Assembly (NCBI GenBank): GCA_027339635.1
Contig: DAHWNZ010000004.1
Location: forward strand, 12,348 to 76,347
Length of the DNA: 64,000 nt
Source of the DNA: Candidatus Dormiibacterota bacterium
Lineage (GTDB): Bacteria > Chloroflexota > Dormibacteria > Aeolococcales > Bog-877
Direction of reading: 5' to 3'
Below, piece by piece: positions 1-8,823 of this stretch (position 1 is the stretch's first letter; every line of letters begins with the position of its first letter). A program made the position numbers and the translations under genes. The notes under the pieces are model-generated. The model saw nothing but the letters and a program-made list of their open reading frames with translations, was not told where the DNA came from and made no database searches.

Positions 1-2379
1 CGCAGTGCTGCGTGGTTCCCGCTCAAGCACGGCGCCCGGGTCATCGGCGTGCTCGCCGTCTATTCGGACGCCATCAACTTCTTCGGGGAGGAGTCGGTCA
101 CGCTGCTCAACCGCATCACGTCCGATTTCGAAGTCGCAACTCTCGCGCTCGAGGCCCGGGACACTGAGGAGACGTCGGCGGCGCTGCTCCAGAACCAACT
201 CAGGCGCCTCAACTACGTGGTGGAGCGAACTGGGGTAGCCACCGCCACCCTGACCGAGGACCTCCGGTTCACCCAGGTCAACCCGGCACTGGGGGATCTC
301 CTGGGCACCGATCCCGGGCACCTCGTGGGCCGAACGCTGCTGGACTTTGTACCTTCCAGCCAGCGCAGACGGGTACGCCGTGGTTACCTCGGCCTGGTGA
401 ACGGCCCCCGGGGAGCTCTGGCCAAGCTCGAACACGAGCTGGTGAGCACCGCTGGCGACACGCGCTGGGTGGTGGCTTCCGGAACCAAGGTGCCCGAGAT
501 GAACCCAGACTTCGGAGTCGTCCTGTGGCAGGCTCAGGACGTCACCCGGCAGCATCTGGCTGAGGCGACCGCGAACAGAAAGTCTGCCCAGCAGGCCGCG
601 GTGGCCGAGCTGGGCCAGAGGGCGCTGGCGTCTGACGACATCAACTGCCTGATGCAGGTGGCCAGCCAAATGCTGCGGGACCAGCTGGGAGTCGACAAGG
701 CCTCGGTGCTGTGCTGGAACCGAGCTCACGACTCCTTTCGGTTCGTGGCCGGCGTGGGCTGGGACGCTAGCGTCATCGGGGGTGCCCTGATCCCGGGCGG
801 ACGGCACTCCCTGGCGGGTTACACGGTCAGATCCACAGCGGCCGTCGTGTCGGACTTCGACTCGGAGACCCGCTTCGACGAGGGACCCCTGCAGGAGATC
901 TACGGCGTTCGTTCCGGAATGGCCGTGCCCATCATCGCCGGGGATCAGCCGTACGGCGTTCTCGAGGCGTTCACCATCGAGCATCATGAGTTCCCCGGCG
1001 ATGACATCCATTACGCGCTCGGGCTGGCGCATGTCCTGGGAGCGGCCCTGGCGCGACGGCGCACGGAGGTGGCTCTGCAGCAGCAAGCCCTCCACGACCC
1101 CTTGACCGGGTTGCCCAACCGGACCCTGCTCCTGGACCGCATCCCCGCGGCGATCAGCCGGGCCCGGCGCAGCGGGCAGGCCATGGCCGTGATGTTTCTC
1201 GACCTCGACCGCCTGAAGGTCGTCAACGACAGCCTGGGCCACAGCGCCGGCGACCTGGTGCTCCAGACCGTGGCCCAGAGGCTGGAGCTGGTGGTGCGGC
1301 CCAGTGACACGGTGGCCAGGGTCGGTGGAGACGAGTTTGTTGTCCTGGCTGAGGAGCTCGGGTCGGCGCAGATGGGGATGCTGATGGCCAGACGGCTCGT
1401 GCAGACCGTTGAGAACCCAATCAAGGTTGGGGGCCAGGACGTCGTGGTGACCCTCTGCGCGGGAGTCAGGGTTGCGGATGGTACGGACCTCGCCGCGGAC
1501 GACCTCCTTAGGGATGCTGACATCGCCATGTACCACGCGAAGCAGGGCGGCGGCCGGCGCGCGGTCGCTTTCACTCCTGAGATGGGCAACCTCTTCGGGG
1601 ACCGGGTCAAGCTGGAGGCGGACCTCCACCGCGCGACGTCAAAGGACGAGCTGGTGGTTCAATACCAGCCGCTGGTGGAGCTCGAAGGCGGGACCGTGGT
1701 CGGCGCGGAGGCGCTCGTGCGCTGGAACCACCCGGAGCGTGGCCTCCTCTCCCCCGCCGAGTTCATACCACTGGCGGAAGAAACCGGCCTCATCCTGGAG
1801 ATTGGGGCCTTCGTGTTGCGGCAAGCCTGTGCCGCCTGCAAGCGCTGGAGCGCGCTCCTATCCGACCGCCAGCCCCTGGTCGCTGTGAACCTCTCCACCA
1901 GGCAGCTCCTGGATCCGGGAATTGTGGACATGGTCGCGGCCACTCTGGAGGACACGGGACTGCCGGCGGCTTTGCTCAGCATGGAGATCACCGAGACCGC
2001 CTTGCTGGCCAACTCCATGGCTGCTGTCTCCGCCCTGGACGCCCTGCACGGACTGGGCGTCCAGCTGGCACTCGACGACTTCGGGACCGGCTACTCCTCA
2101 GTGGTCCACCTGAAGCGGTTCAATCTGGACCACCTGAAACTCGACAAGGCGTTCGTCGACGAGGTGGACACCAACCCCAGGGACGCCGCCATCGTCGGCG
2201 GGCTGATCCAGCTGGCCCATGCGATCGGGTTGACCGCCGTCGCGGAGGGAGTCGAGACTCAAGGACAGTTGCAAGCCCTTCGCCGCCTGGGCTGCGACGT
2301 CGCCCAGGGATACCTGATGGCTCGGCCACTCCCCGAGGCCGAGTTTGAGCAGCTCTGGGTGAGCGGAAGATCCTTCTGA
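1..2379 (+). CDS. Sensor diguanylate cyclase/phosphodiesterase (PAS-GAF-GGDEF-EAL), 5'-truncated by window edge
   Basis: Frame is open from nt 1 (track ORF 49..2379). Motifs RVGGDEFVVL (GGDEF), EALVRWNHP...EFIPLAEETGLI (EAL), GAF-like MAVPIIAGDQPYGVLEAF. Confidence 0.9.
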   Translation, partial: RSAAWFPLKHGARVIGVLAVYSDAINFFGEESVTLLNRITSDFEVATLALEARDTEETSAALLQNQLRRLNYVVERTGVATATLTEDLRFTQVNPALGDLLGTDPGHLVGRTLLDFVPSSQRRRVRRGYLGLVNGPRGALAKLEHELVSTAGDTRWVVASGTKVPEMNPDFGVVLWQAQDVTRQHLAEATANRKSAQQAAVAELGQRALASDDINCLMQVASQMLRDQLGVDKASVLCWNRAHDSFRFVAGVGWDASVIGGALIPGGRHSLAGYTVRSTAAVVSDFDSETRFDEGPLQEIYGVRSGMAVPIIAGDQPYGVLEAFTIEHHEFPGDDIHYALGLAHVLGAALARRRTEVALQQQALHDPLTGLPNRTLLLDRIPAAISRARRSGQAMAVMFLDLDRLKVVNDSLGHSAGDLVLQTVAQRLELVVRPSDTVARVGGDEFVVLAEELGSAQMGMLMARRLVQTVENPIKVGGQDVVVTLCAGVRVADGTDLAADDLLRDADIAMYHAKQGGGRRAVAFTPEMGNLFGDRVKLEADLHRATSKDELVVQYQPLVELEGGTVVGAEALVRWNHPERGLLSPAEFIPLAEETGLILEIGAFVLRQACAACKRWSALLSDRQPLVAVNLSTRQLLDPGIVDMVAATLEDTGLPAALLSMEITETALLANSMAAVSALDALHGLGVQLALDDFGTGYSSVVHLKRFNLDHLKLDKAFVDEVDTNPRDAAIVGGLIQLAHAIGLTAVAEGVETQGQLQALRRLGCDVAQGYLMARPLPEAEFEQLWVSGRSF

Positions 2380-2511
2380 CTCGAACGGGCTGCGATGCAT
2401 GGGGCACCAGCAACCAACCGCGCCCTCGCCGTCGATTAGAACTCGCCGGCCGCCCAATCCTCAGGAATGACACCGCACCGGGGCCTCAGCGCGGCAGCCG
2501 ACTGGCTGCGC

Positions 2512-3999
2512 TCAGGCCCCGGCAGGCGGAGCCATCGAAGTCGGCCTCAACCGCCCCACGTCAGGCGGATCCGATATCCCAAAGCTGTGACGCAGCGCTG
2601 ACAGGGCGGCCAGTTCCCCACACCGCCCATGTACCCCGGGGCCCGGGGGGGTGGCCGAGGAGCAGAGGTAGATCCCACGAAGGGGCGTGCGGTACGGGTC
2701 CCATCGCATGGCGGGTCTGGCCAGGGTCTGACCCAGATCCTGCCTGCCGGAGCCGATGTCCCCGCCAACATAGTTGGGATTGTGGTGCTCCTGCTCGGCG
2801 GCGGAGCGACGAGTCTTGGCCAGGATCAGGTCCCTGAACCCGGGGGCATACCGCTCCACCTGGGCTTCGATCCGGTCCGACATGTCGACATTCGACCCCG
2901 CGGGCACATGGCAGTAGGTCCACAGGGTGTGCCCTCCGGCAGGTGCCCGGGTCGGATCGGCGGAACCGGCCTGCACCGCCAGAACATATGGCCGATCTGG
3001 ATGCCGGCCGCCGACGACCGCGGCCTCCGATCTGGCGACCTCTTCGAACGTGCCTCCGAGATGGAGGGTGCCAGCTTCCCGGCAGGCGCTATTGCTCCAC
3101 GGCACCGGTCCCGCCAGGGCGAAGTCGACCTTGCAGACGCCGACGCCGTAGCGAAAGCCTTCCAGCGACCGGCGGTACCGCCCGTTAAGCCTCGGCCCTG
3201 CGATCTCCAGGAATCTGCGCGGGGTGACGTCGAGCAAGACGGCCCGAGCCGGCGGCAGTTCATCCAGGGAGCTCAACCACCACCCCGTCTCGATACGGCC
3301 GCCAGCGGCCTGGAGGGCGTCAACCATGGCGGTGATCAGCCGAGCGCTACCCCCCTCGACAAACGGCCAACCGACAGCATGGGCCAGAATTGTGAGGAAG
3401 AGCCCCACCCCGGCAGTCGGAGATGTCTCCAGTGGTCGCATGGAGTGGGCCGACACGCCCGCCATCAGCGCCCGCACATCCTCGGTCCTGAACCTGCGAG
3501 CCAGCGCGCTGGCGGGACCGATCGCCCGGATCCCGTAACCGGCGACCGCGAACGGACTGCGCGGGAGACTGCGCCAGTCCGAGAGCACCCAGTCGGCAAC
3601 CTCAGACCAGTGGGCCACGAGGGGGCCGAGGAGGTCACGGTACATCGTGCCGTCGGCGCCTAGGTCGGCTGCTGTCTCATCAACGGACCGTCGGACCACG
3701 GCCGCGCGGCCGCGCTCCAGGGGGTGGGCGAACACGGCTCCCGGATGCGCCAATCTAACCCCCCTCGCGCGCAGATCGAACCTTGTGAAGAAGGAGGACG
3801 CCAGGGCCAGGGGATGCGCCGTCGCGCATACGTCGTGGCGGTAGCCAGGCAGCGTCAGTTCCTCGGTCCTACAGCCTCCACCAGGGCTGGATGCCCCCTC
3901 TATCACCAGCACCACCAACCCGGCGGCGGCCAGCGTTAGGGCCGCGGCCAGGCCGTTGGGGCCGCTGCCCACCACCACCGCGTCAGGGGACCCGCTCAT
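2512..3999 (-). CDS. NAD(P)/FAD-dependent oxidoreductase, CrtI/phytoene-desaturase-like family
   Basis: Dinucleotide fold DAVVVGSGPNGLAAALTLAAAGLVVLVIEG...GGGC. C-terminal GIYLCSSATPPGPGVHG. Start moved from 4164 to ATG 3999 (MSGSPDAVVVG). Confidence 0.8.
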   Translation of the reverse strand: MSGSPDAVVVGSGPNGLAAALTLAAAGLVVLVIEGASSPGGGCRTEELTLPGYRHDVCATAHPLALASSFFTRFDLRARGVRLAHPGAVFAHPLERGRAAVVRRSVDETAADLGADGTMYRDLLGPLVAHWSEVADWVLSDWRSLPRSPFAVAGYGIRAIGPASALARRFRTEDVRALMAGVSAHSMRPLETSPTAGVGLFLTILAHAVGWPFVEGGSARLITAMVDALQAAGGRIETGWWLSSLDELPPARAVLLDVTPRRFLEIAGPRLNGRYRRSLEGFRYGVGVCKVDFALAGPVPWSNSACREAGTLHLGGTFEEVARSEAAVVGGRHPDRPYVLAVQAGSADPTRAPAGGHTLWTYCHVPAGSNVDMSDRIEAQVERYAPGFRDLILAKTRRSAAEQEHHNPNYVGGDIGSGRQDLGQTLARPAMRWDPYRTPLRGIYLCSSATPPGPGVHGRCGELAALSALRHSFGISDPPDVGRLRPTSMAPPAGA

Positions 4000-4322
4000 C
4001 GGTGGCCAGAGCCGCCGTGCCGGTGCGGCCGACCCGGCTCCCCACTCCCCTTTCGACCCGTGCGTGTGGTTGCCCGCACACGGCTCACGGATGGTCTTCC
4101 AACCATGGTTACGGTGCCTCCGGATCGGGGACGGTGCCACGCAAACGGTAGCGACCTTGGTCATGAAACCAGTCGCTGGTCCATCGGGTGGGACGCCCAG
4201 CCGTGAGACTCAGCCGTGATCGCCTCACCAGGAAGCGTAGCGCCTGGTGCCCCACGGGTTCGGGATCAGCACTTGTGTAGGGTTCCGGTCCCGAATAGCG
4301 CAGGGTTCCCCGGCGGCGAAAG

Positions 4323-5135
4323 TTATCTAACCACAGCAGGCCCTCCGTTGCGAGTGGGGGGTTCCTGGTGAGCTCGCATCCGGTAGCTGTGGCCCCGGAT
4401 ATCGAGCACGGTGGCGTCGTGCAGGAGACGGTCGACAATGGCGCCGGCTACAGCCTGGTCGGCGAAGACCTGGCCCCAGTCTGAGAAGCCGCGGTTGGAA
4501 GTCAGGATCACCACGCCCCGGTCGTAGCGACGGCTGACCACATGGAAGATCCAGTTGGGCGAAGCCTGGTCCAGCGGTAGGTAGCCCAGCTCGTCAATGA
4601 CCAGCAGCGAGGGCTTGGTTTAGGTGCGCAGCTTGAGCTGGGCTAGGTCAGAGGCAGAGGTGAAGTAGGTACGGTAGCCGGCCTCCGTGGCGGCCACGCC
4701 CAAGGCAATCGCCAAGTGAGTCTTGCCGACCCCAGGTGGTCCGAGCAGGATCACGTTGCGGCGGGCCTCGACGAAGCGCAGGGTGGAGAGCTCAGCCACC
4801 ACCTTGCGGTCCAGGTTGGGCTGGAAGTCGAAGTCAAAGTCGGCCAGGGTCTTGTGCACTGGGTAGCGCGCCCAGCGCTACGGCCCCCGCTGCCTACGAG
4901 CCTGGGTGGCCTCCACCTCGAGCTCCAGCACCTGGGTGGCGGAGAGCTTCTCCTTGGTAGCCCAGTCCAGTTCGGGGCTGAGATTCTCGGCGGCGGTGTC
5001 GAGCTTGAGGTAGTTCAGGTGCTCCCGCAGCCGCTGGTAACTGCTGGCCCCGTTCACCCCAAGCCTCCTCGTACGCAGCCAGGTCACGCACCTCAACCAG
5101 CTCTCCCAGTCGGCGCTGCTCAGAGACCGGGCCAT
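4323..5135 (-). pseudogene. istB: IS21-family IstB helper ATPase, interrupted by two in-frame stop codons
   Basis: Three track ORFs (4878..5135, 4620..4859, 4323..4541) share one frame. IstB motifs: YQRLREHLNYLKLD, Walker A GPPGVGKTHLA, LLVIDELGYLP, VILTSNRGFSDW. In-frame TAG at 4878-4880 and TAA at 4620-4622. Confidence 0.8.
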
Positions 5136-5150
5136 GGCCTGTGACTACGG

Positions 5151-5534
5151 TCAGCGGCGGCACCTCCAGCCGGCAGCCCGGTAGTAGGTGCCCGCGAAGT
5201 CGGGATCTACGAAGGTCTCCTCCAGCACCATCGGACGGCCGAAGGTCCCCTGCCAGTCCCGCAAGAGCCGGTGCCGGTTGGCCGCCGGCACCTGGGCGGC
5301 GAGGTTCGGCCGCCTTTGTCCCAGCAAGATCAAGAAGGGCATGTTGTTGGCGACGTAGTGCAGCCGTCGCCACTGCAAGGATGGGACCGAGTACGGGCCC
5401 CGCACTTGAAAGCTGCGGCGCCCGGGGCCAGTAGCGCAAGCCAGCTCCCATCGTGCTCGGCCACTTACTTCAGCGAGTGACCAATCAGAGTCCTGAAACC
5501 GAGATAGTGGTGAGCCGCCATTCGCCCATCCCAC
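5151..5534 (-). pseudogene. DUF4338 domain fragment (truncated at both ends)
   Basis: LHYVANNMPFLILLGQRRPNLAAQV...LRDWQGTFGRPMVLEETFVDPDFAGTYYRAAGW matches the conserved DUF4338 core (…VNNxRFLILP…PNLAS…ETFVD…F.GTCYRAANW). It lacks the N-terminal part and the C-terminus. Confidence 0.6.
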
Positions 5535-5740
5535 CGGCCCCCCTCACCCGCCTCGATCACCGTCACTTGGACCGGCTCGCTGCCACCAGCCCCCCTGCGC
5601 CGCCCCCACCCCTACGTCCCCGATGGTATGGCGCACTCCGTCCGAAATAACCGGCCCCCCATCCATGTCAGTTCAACCTACTGACTTTGACGGTGCCCGG
5701 TCCAATTATCAAGATCTCTTCTCTCTTGGACTTGGGTCAT

Positions 5741-5759
5741 GGCAGAGCCGGGCTCTGCC
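5741..5759. terminator. Perfect 8-bp hairpin downstream of tRNA-Gly
   Basis: GGCAGAGC-cgg-GCTCTGCC, about 40 nt beyond the tRNA 3' end. No clear U-tract, so terminator function is uncertain. Confidence 0.3.
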
Positions 5760-5797
5760 ACTTCAATTCTCACTTCAGCCCACATCAAGATTTGGGC

Positions 5798-5872
5798 TGG
5801 AGCGGGAGACGGGATTCGAACCCGCGACCTTCTCCTTGGCAAGGAGACGCGCTACCACTGCGCCACTCCCGC
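5798..5872 (-). tRNA. tRNA-Gly (anticodon GCC)
   Basis: Reverse complement GCGGGAGTGGCGCAGTGGTAGCGCGTCTCCTTGCCAAGGAGAAGGTCGCGGGTTCGAATCCCGTCTCCCGCTCCA. It has a 7-bp acceptor stem, D arm GCGC/GCGC, anticodon loop TTGCCAA, T loop TTCGAAT and an encoded CCA. Confidence 0.93.
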
Positions 5873-6470
5873 ATGTGCCGCCTGATCTCAACGCGAGATC
5901 AAATTCGTATCTGGATATCGACCGCCGCAGACTGGTTCCTCCGCAGGAGATTTCCGCGGGGGCGGCCCCAGCCTACTAGCCGACAGTATACGAATGTCAC
6001 CGAGAGGCCATGGCGGGGCCAGCGTGCCTGTACCCGTAGTGGGCCGAGGCGGGCCGCCTCGACCGAGCTCTTCCCAGATCCAGCGCCTTCAGGACCGTCG
6101 AGCGAAGGGCAGGCCACCGCGACACACCGGAGATTGGGGCGACGCCGAAATCTGTCTTGCGGAAATGCTTCGGCTGCGACCGGCCCCCACCCTGCGACCC
6201 ACCTTACGACCGGAACCAACCCAACTGGCACGCTGGCCCGCATGGGCCGCGTCCCAGCGGGAACGGCAGAAGCCAACCACACGACAACCCTCCGACCAAG
6301 ACGGTGAGCGGTCCCGCGTGGCCACCGCCTTGGCCTAATGCTGGGACCCTTGAATGCCTGTCGATAGCAAACTTGTCACCGGTTTGTGATCGGTAGCTGG
6401 CTCATGGATTTCTAAGCTTTCTCTGGCTGGCATGCGGGCGCAGCATCGACGTATGAGTTAAGGAAACACA

Positions 6471-6803
6471 GTGGACGATCCAATGTCGCCGAGCACCTCC
6501 TCGACACCGGATGAATCCGTGGCCACTGGGTCGCCATCAAATTGGATATCGGGTCATCGCCGCGGCTTCATGGTAGGCGGCGCGATTTCGGCTGCCCTCG
6601 GATTCCTCGGCATCCTGCTGGTGGGGAATGATGCGAGCATCTGCGGATCGGGAGTCGGGCAATTCGCGCAGGCGGTTAGCAGCCAGGCGGCTAACACCTG
6701 CGGCGTTGATGGAGCCATCAACTTTCTCTCCTGGGTCCTGCTGGTCGGCGGCCTCTCCGCTCTGGCGCTGGGCTACTTCGTTAAATCCCATGCGTCCGCC
6801 TGA
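6471..6803 (+). CDS. Hypothetical small membrane protein
   Basis: Two hydrophobic helices (GFMVGGAISAALGFLGILLVG; INFLSWVLLVGGLSALALGYFV). No family recognised. Lies in the lower-GC segment. Confidence 0.5.
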   Translation: MDDPMSPSTSSTPDESVATGSPSNWISGHRRGFMVGGAISAALGFLGILLVGNDASICGSGVGQFAQAVSSQAANTCGVDGAINFLSWVLLVGGLSALALGYFVKSHASA

Positions 6804-6809
6804 GGCGGC

Positions 6810-7346
6810 ATGAGCAGCGTTTCTTCCGGACTGCGCCGCACCACTCTGTGGCCTGTGGGTCTACTAGTTTGTGTTGCGTTCGTGGTAACTGGATGCGGTT
6901 CGCTTTCGACCGGGTCTGAAAGCCGGGTAAATTCTCAGACTATTGTCGCGCCAACGACCTCAACCGCTACGCCGACGCCCAATCCGCTGATCCTGGCGCC
7001 GGCCACCACCCCTTCTGCAGTGGGTGTGTGCACGCAACAAATGCAGTTCGGAGCAGATGGGAACGCGAGCCCGATCCTGTGCTCTGATGGTGCCGTGAAC
7101 AGCCTGGCGTGGACTTACTTTGACCAACAGTACCCTGGCATATTCGCCGTCGGAGCATATGCCACTCTGAGCCAGGTCCAGCAGGCTGTCATGGCCATGG
7201 AATCGGACGGGACGATACCAACCGAGGAGAGTGCATACTGCCTAGCCAAAGCCTACTTTGGCTGGGAGTTCGGGGTGTCGCTCGATCCGGTGAACCAAAC
7301 CGGCTTAACCTCCACCTGTGCACAGGATATCCCGTACTTCCCGTGA
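6810..7346 (+). CDS. Hypothetical lipoprotein
   Basis: Signal peptide plus lipobox (VAFVVTGC), Thr/Pro-rich linker, Cys-containing globular part. Starts 7 nt after the previous ORF. Confidence 0.6.
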   Translation: MSSVSSGLRRTTLWPVGLLVCVAFVVTGCGSLSTGSESRVNSQTIVAPTTSTATPTPNPLILAPATTPSAVGVCTQQMQFGADGNASPILCSDGAVNSLAWTYFDQQYPGIFAVGAYATLSQVQQAVMAMESDGTIPTEESAYCLAKAYFGWEFGVSLDPVNQTGLTSTCAQDIPYFP

Positions 7347-7568
7347 CGAGCACGGAGGCCAAATCGGCGTGTGACTGCGTCATGGCTACCGCCTGGCCGC
7401 GGGATGCAGGTGAGATGGCGTCCATCCAAGGGAGTACCCTGGGTCGGAGGAACTGGTCCTGGCTATCCTGTCTGGCGCCGGTCAATCTGGGCTCCTGCGT
7501 CGATGAGATCAGAGCTCAGCCCGCCAAGCGACCACGGAGCTAGTGCGCGGCCCCGAGAATTTGGGTTG

Positions 7569-7613
7569 TCCATCTCCCCCTCTCACTTCGCCCCAGCGCA
7601 GGGGGGAGATGGA
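7569..7613. repeat. Perfect 12-bp inverted repeat (hairpin) in a non-coding leader
   Basis: TCCATCTCCCCC (7569-7580) pairs with GGGGGAGATGGA (7602-7613), with a 21-nt loop. Confidence 0.7.
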
Positions 7614-8121
7614 ATCCTCAGCGGCAGTAGGGCAACACCTTTGGCCAACGGTTAATCCCCTTTCCCATCCGTCCGGACTGGGGGAGGGCCGGTGCCGTGA
7701 GCTCCCAAACGGTTCTGTCCAGATGAGTGGAGCCGGCCAAGTCCGATTGGGGCGATCCGCCGCCCAGCCAGTCGGACCTGGCAAGGTCGTCGGTGCTGTC
7801 ACCAACCGTCCATGCGGGCGGAGAACTGCATATCACCCATGCCCTGCAGCCTGAGTCAGTCATCGCCGTAGACTGCCGCCGCACCGCATCCTCGCCGGGC
7901 CAGCGCCGCTCGGTAGGTCCCGTCAGCCCTCCCACTCCCCTGGCTTAGTGGCCCTTCGGGCTCCCAAGGGGTCGTGACCAATTGGCGCCCGAGTGATTCG
8001 CGCAAGCAATTCCGGGCGGATCCACTGGTGACGGACAGCGCCGCCGCGAACATGATGAGACTAGGGCAAGCGGCTGGCGTATTGCCCTGGGCTTGGGTTT
8101 TTCGATCGCAAGGAGGAGGAC

Positions 8122-8568
8122 ATGATCCAGCAGGAGACACGCCTCGGCACCGGCGCAGCTCCGGCCAAGGACAAGATCTCGATGATCCTGTTCAGCGGCA
8201 CGGCCGACAAGTTCATCGCATTGGGTGTATTGGCCCAGGTGGCAGCAGCCCTCGGTACGGAGGTGGACATCTTCGTCAGCGGTTTGGCGCTTCTTGGGTT
8301 CACCAAGGAGCACCACGAACTCCCCTTCCCTGCGGAGTTCGTGTCCATGGCTCCGGCCATGTTGCAAGGCATGGCAGCGGGCAATGTCGCTTCCTGGGAC
8401 GCCATGCTCCGCCAAGCGAAGGAGTTGGGAGCGAAAGTCCACGCCTGCTCGATGATGAGTGGGGTGATGGGGTTGCAAATGGCAGACTTCAATGATCTGG
8501 TCGATGACATCGTGGGAGCGGCGAGCTTCCTGGCCGCATCTTCTGTCGGCCAGACGCTGTTCATCTGA
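8122..8568 (+). CDS. DsrE/DsrF/DsrH-like sulfur-relay family protein
   Basis: Strong SD AAGGAGGAGGA just upstream. ISMILFSGTADKFIALGVLA..., conserved Cys in KVHACSMMSG. Confidence 0.75.
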   Translation: MIQQETRLGTGAAPAKDKISMILFSGTADKFIALGVLAQVAAALGTEVDIFVSGLALLGFTKEHHELPFPAEFVSMAPAMLQGMAAGNVASWDAMLRQAKELGAKVHACSMMSGVMGLQMADFNDLVDDIVGAASFLAASSVGQTLFI

Positions 8569-8819
8569 TGGTAATGCCCACAGGCGTCCCGAACCGCACC
8601 GTCGTCGACTCCCGAGGCTCGGCTTGTCCGGGGCCAATCACCGATCTCTCCATGGCCTACCGGCGATCCAGGGCCGGCGATGTGATCGAGGTGTGGGCGA
8701 CCGATCCCGGTTTTAGGGAAGATGTCAAGGCTTGGGCGACCAAAACAGGCAACCAACTGGTTTCAGTTGAGGAAGGGCCCGAGAAGATAGTTGCGGTCCT
8801 GCGCATCCTGAGGCGGTGA
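8568..8819 (+). CDS. tusA: TusA/SirA-like sulfurtransferase
   Basis: CPxP active-site motif (SRGSACPGPITDL). About 80 aa. ATG overlaps the upstream stop (TGATG). Confidence 0.8.
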   Translation: MVMPTGVPNRTVVDSRGSACPGPITDLSMAYRRSRAGDVIEVWATDPGFREDVKAWATKTGNQLVSVEEGPEKIVAVLRILRR

Positions 8820-8823
8820 CTCG

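Larger units (their letters stand above)
4323..5534. mobile_element. Decayed mobile-element remnant (IS21 istB pseudogene plus DUF4338 fragment) next to the tRNA-Gly 3' end
   Basis: Two non-functional mobile-DNA-associated reading frames lie back to back, 260 nt from the 3' end of the tRNA. No istA, integrase or terminal repeats were recognised. Confidence 0.6.

Noticed and set aside
4620-4880. Programmed stop-codon readthrough or recoding in istB
   Set aside because: The two stops are different codons (TAG and TAA), the element lacks istA, and it sits beside another truncated gene. Simple decay is more parsimonious.
5151-5534. DUF4338 as a Druantia (DruA) defence gene
   Set aside because: Only a truncated fragment is present. 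No large helicase or other Druantia components are nearby, and DUF4338 also occurs in transposon-associated genes.
7400-8000. Possible RNase P RNA or tmRNA in the long leader (GGACAGAACCG-like string on the minus strand near 7705-7720)
   Set aside because: There is no GGAAAGUCCGG box, no P4 partner, no T-arm (GGTTCGAATCC) and no tag ORF ending in ALAA. The resemblance is limited to a few nucleotides.
8063-8102. Intrinsic terminator or riboswitch expression platform just before the dsrE SD
   Set aside because: The stem is only 7 bp and the T-run is separated from it by 9 nt, so it is not a canonical terminator. I mention it only as part of the leader finding.
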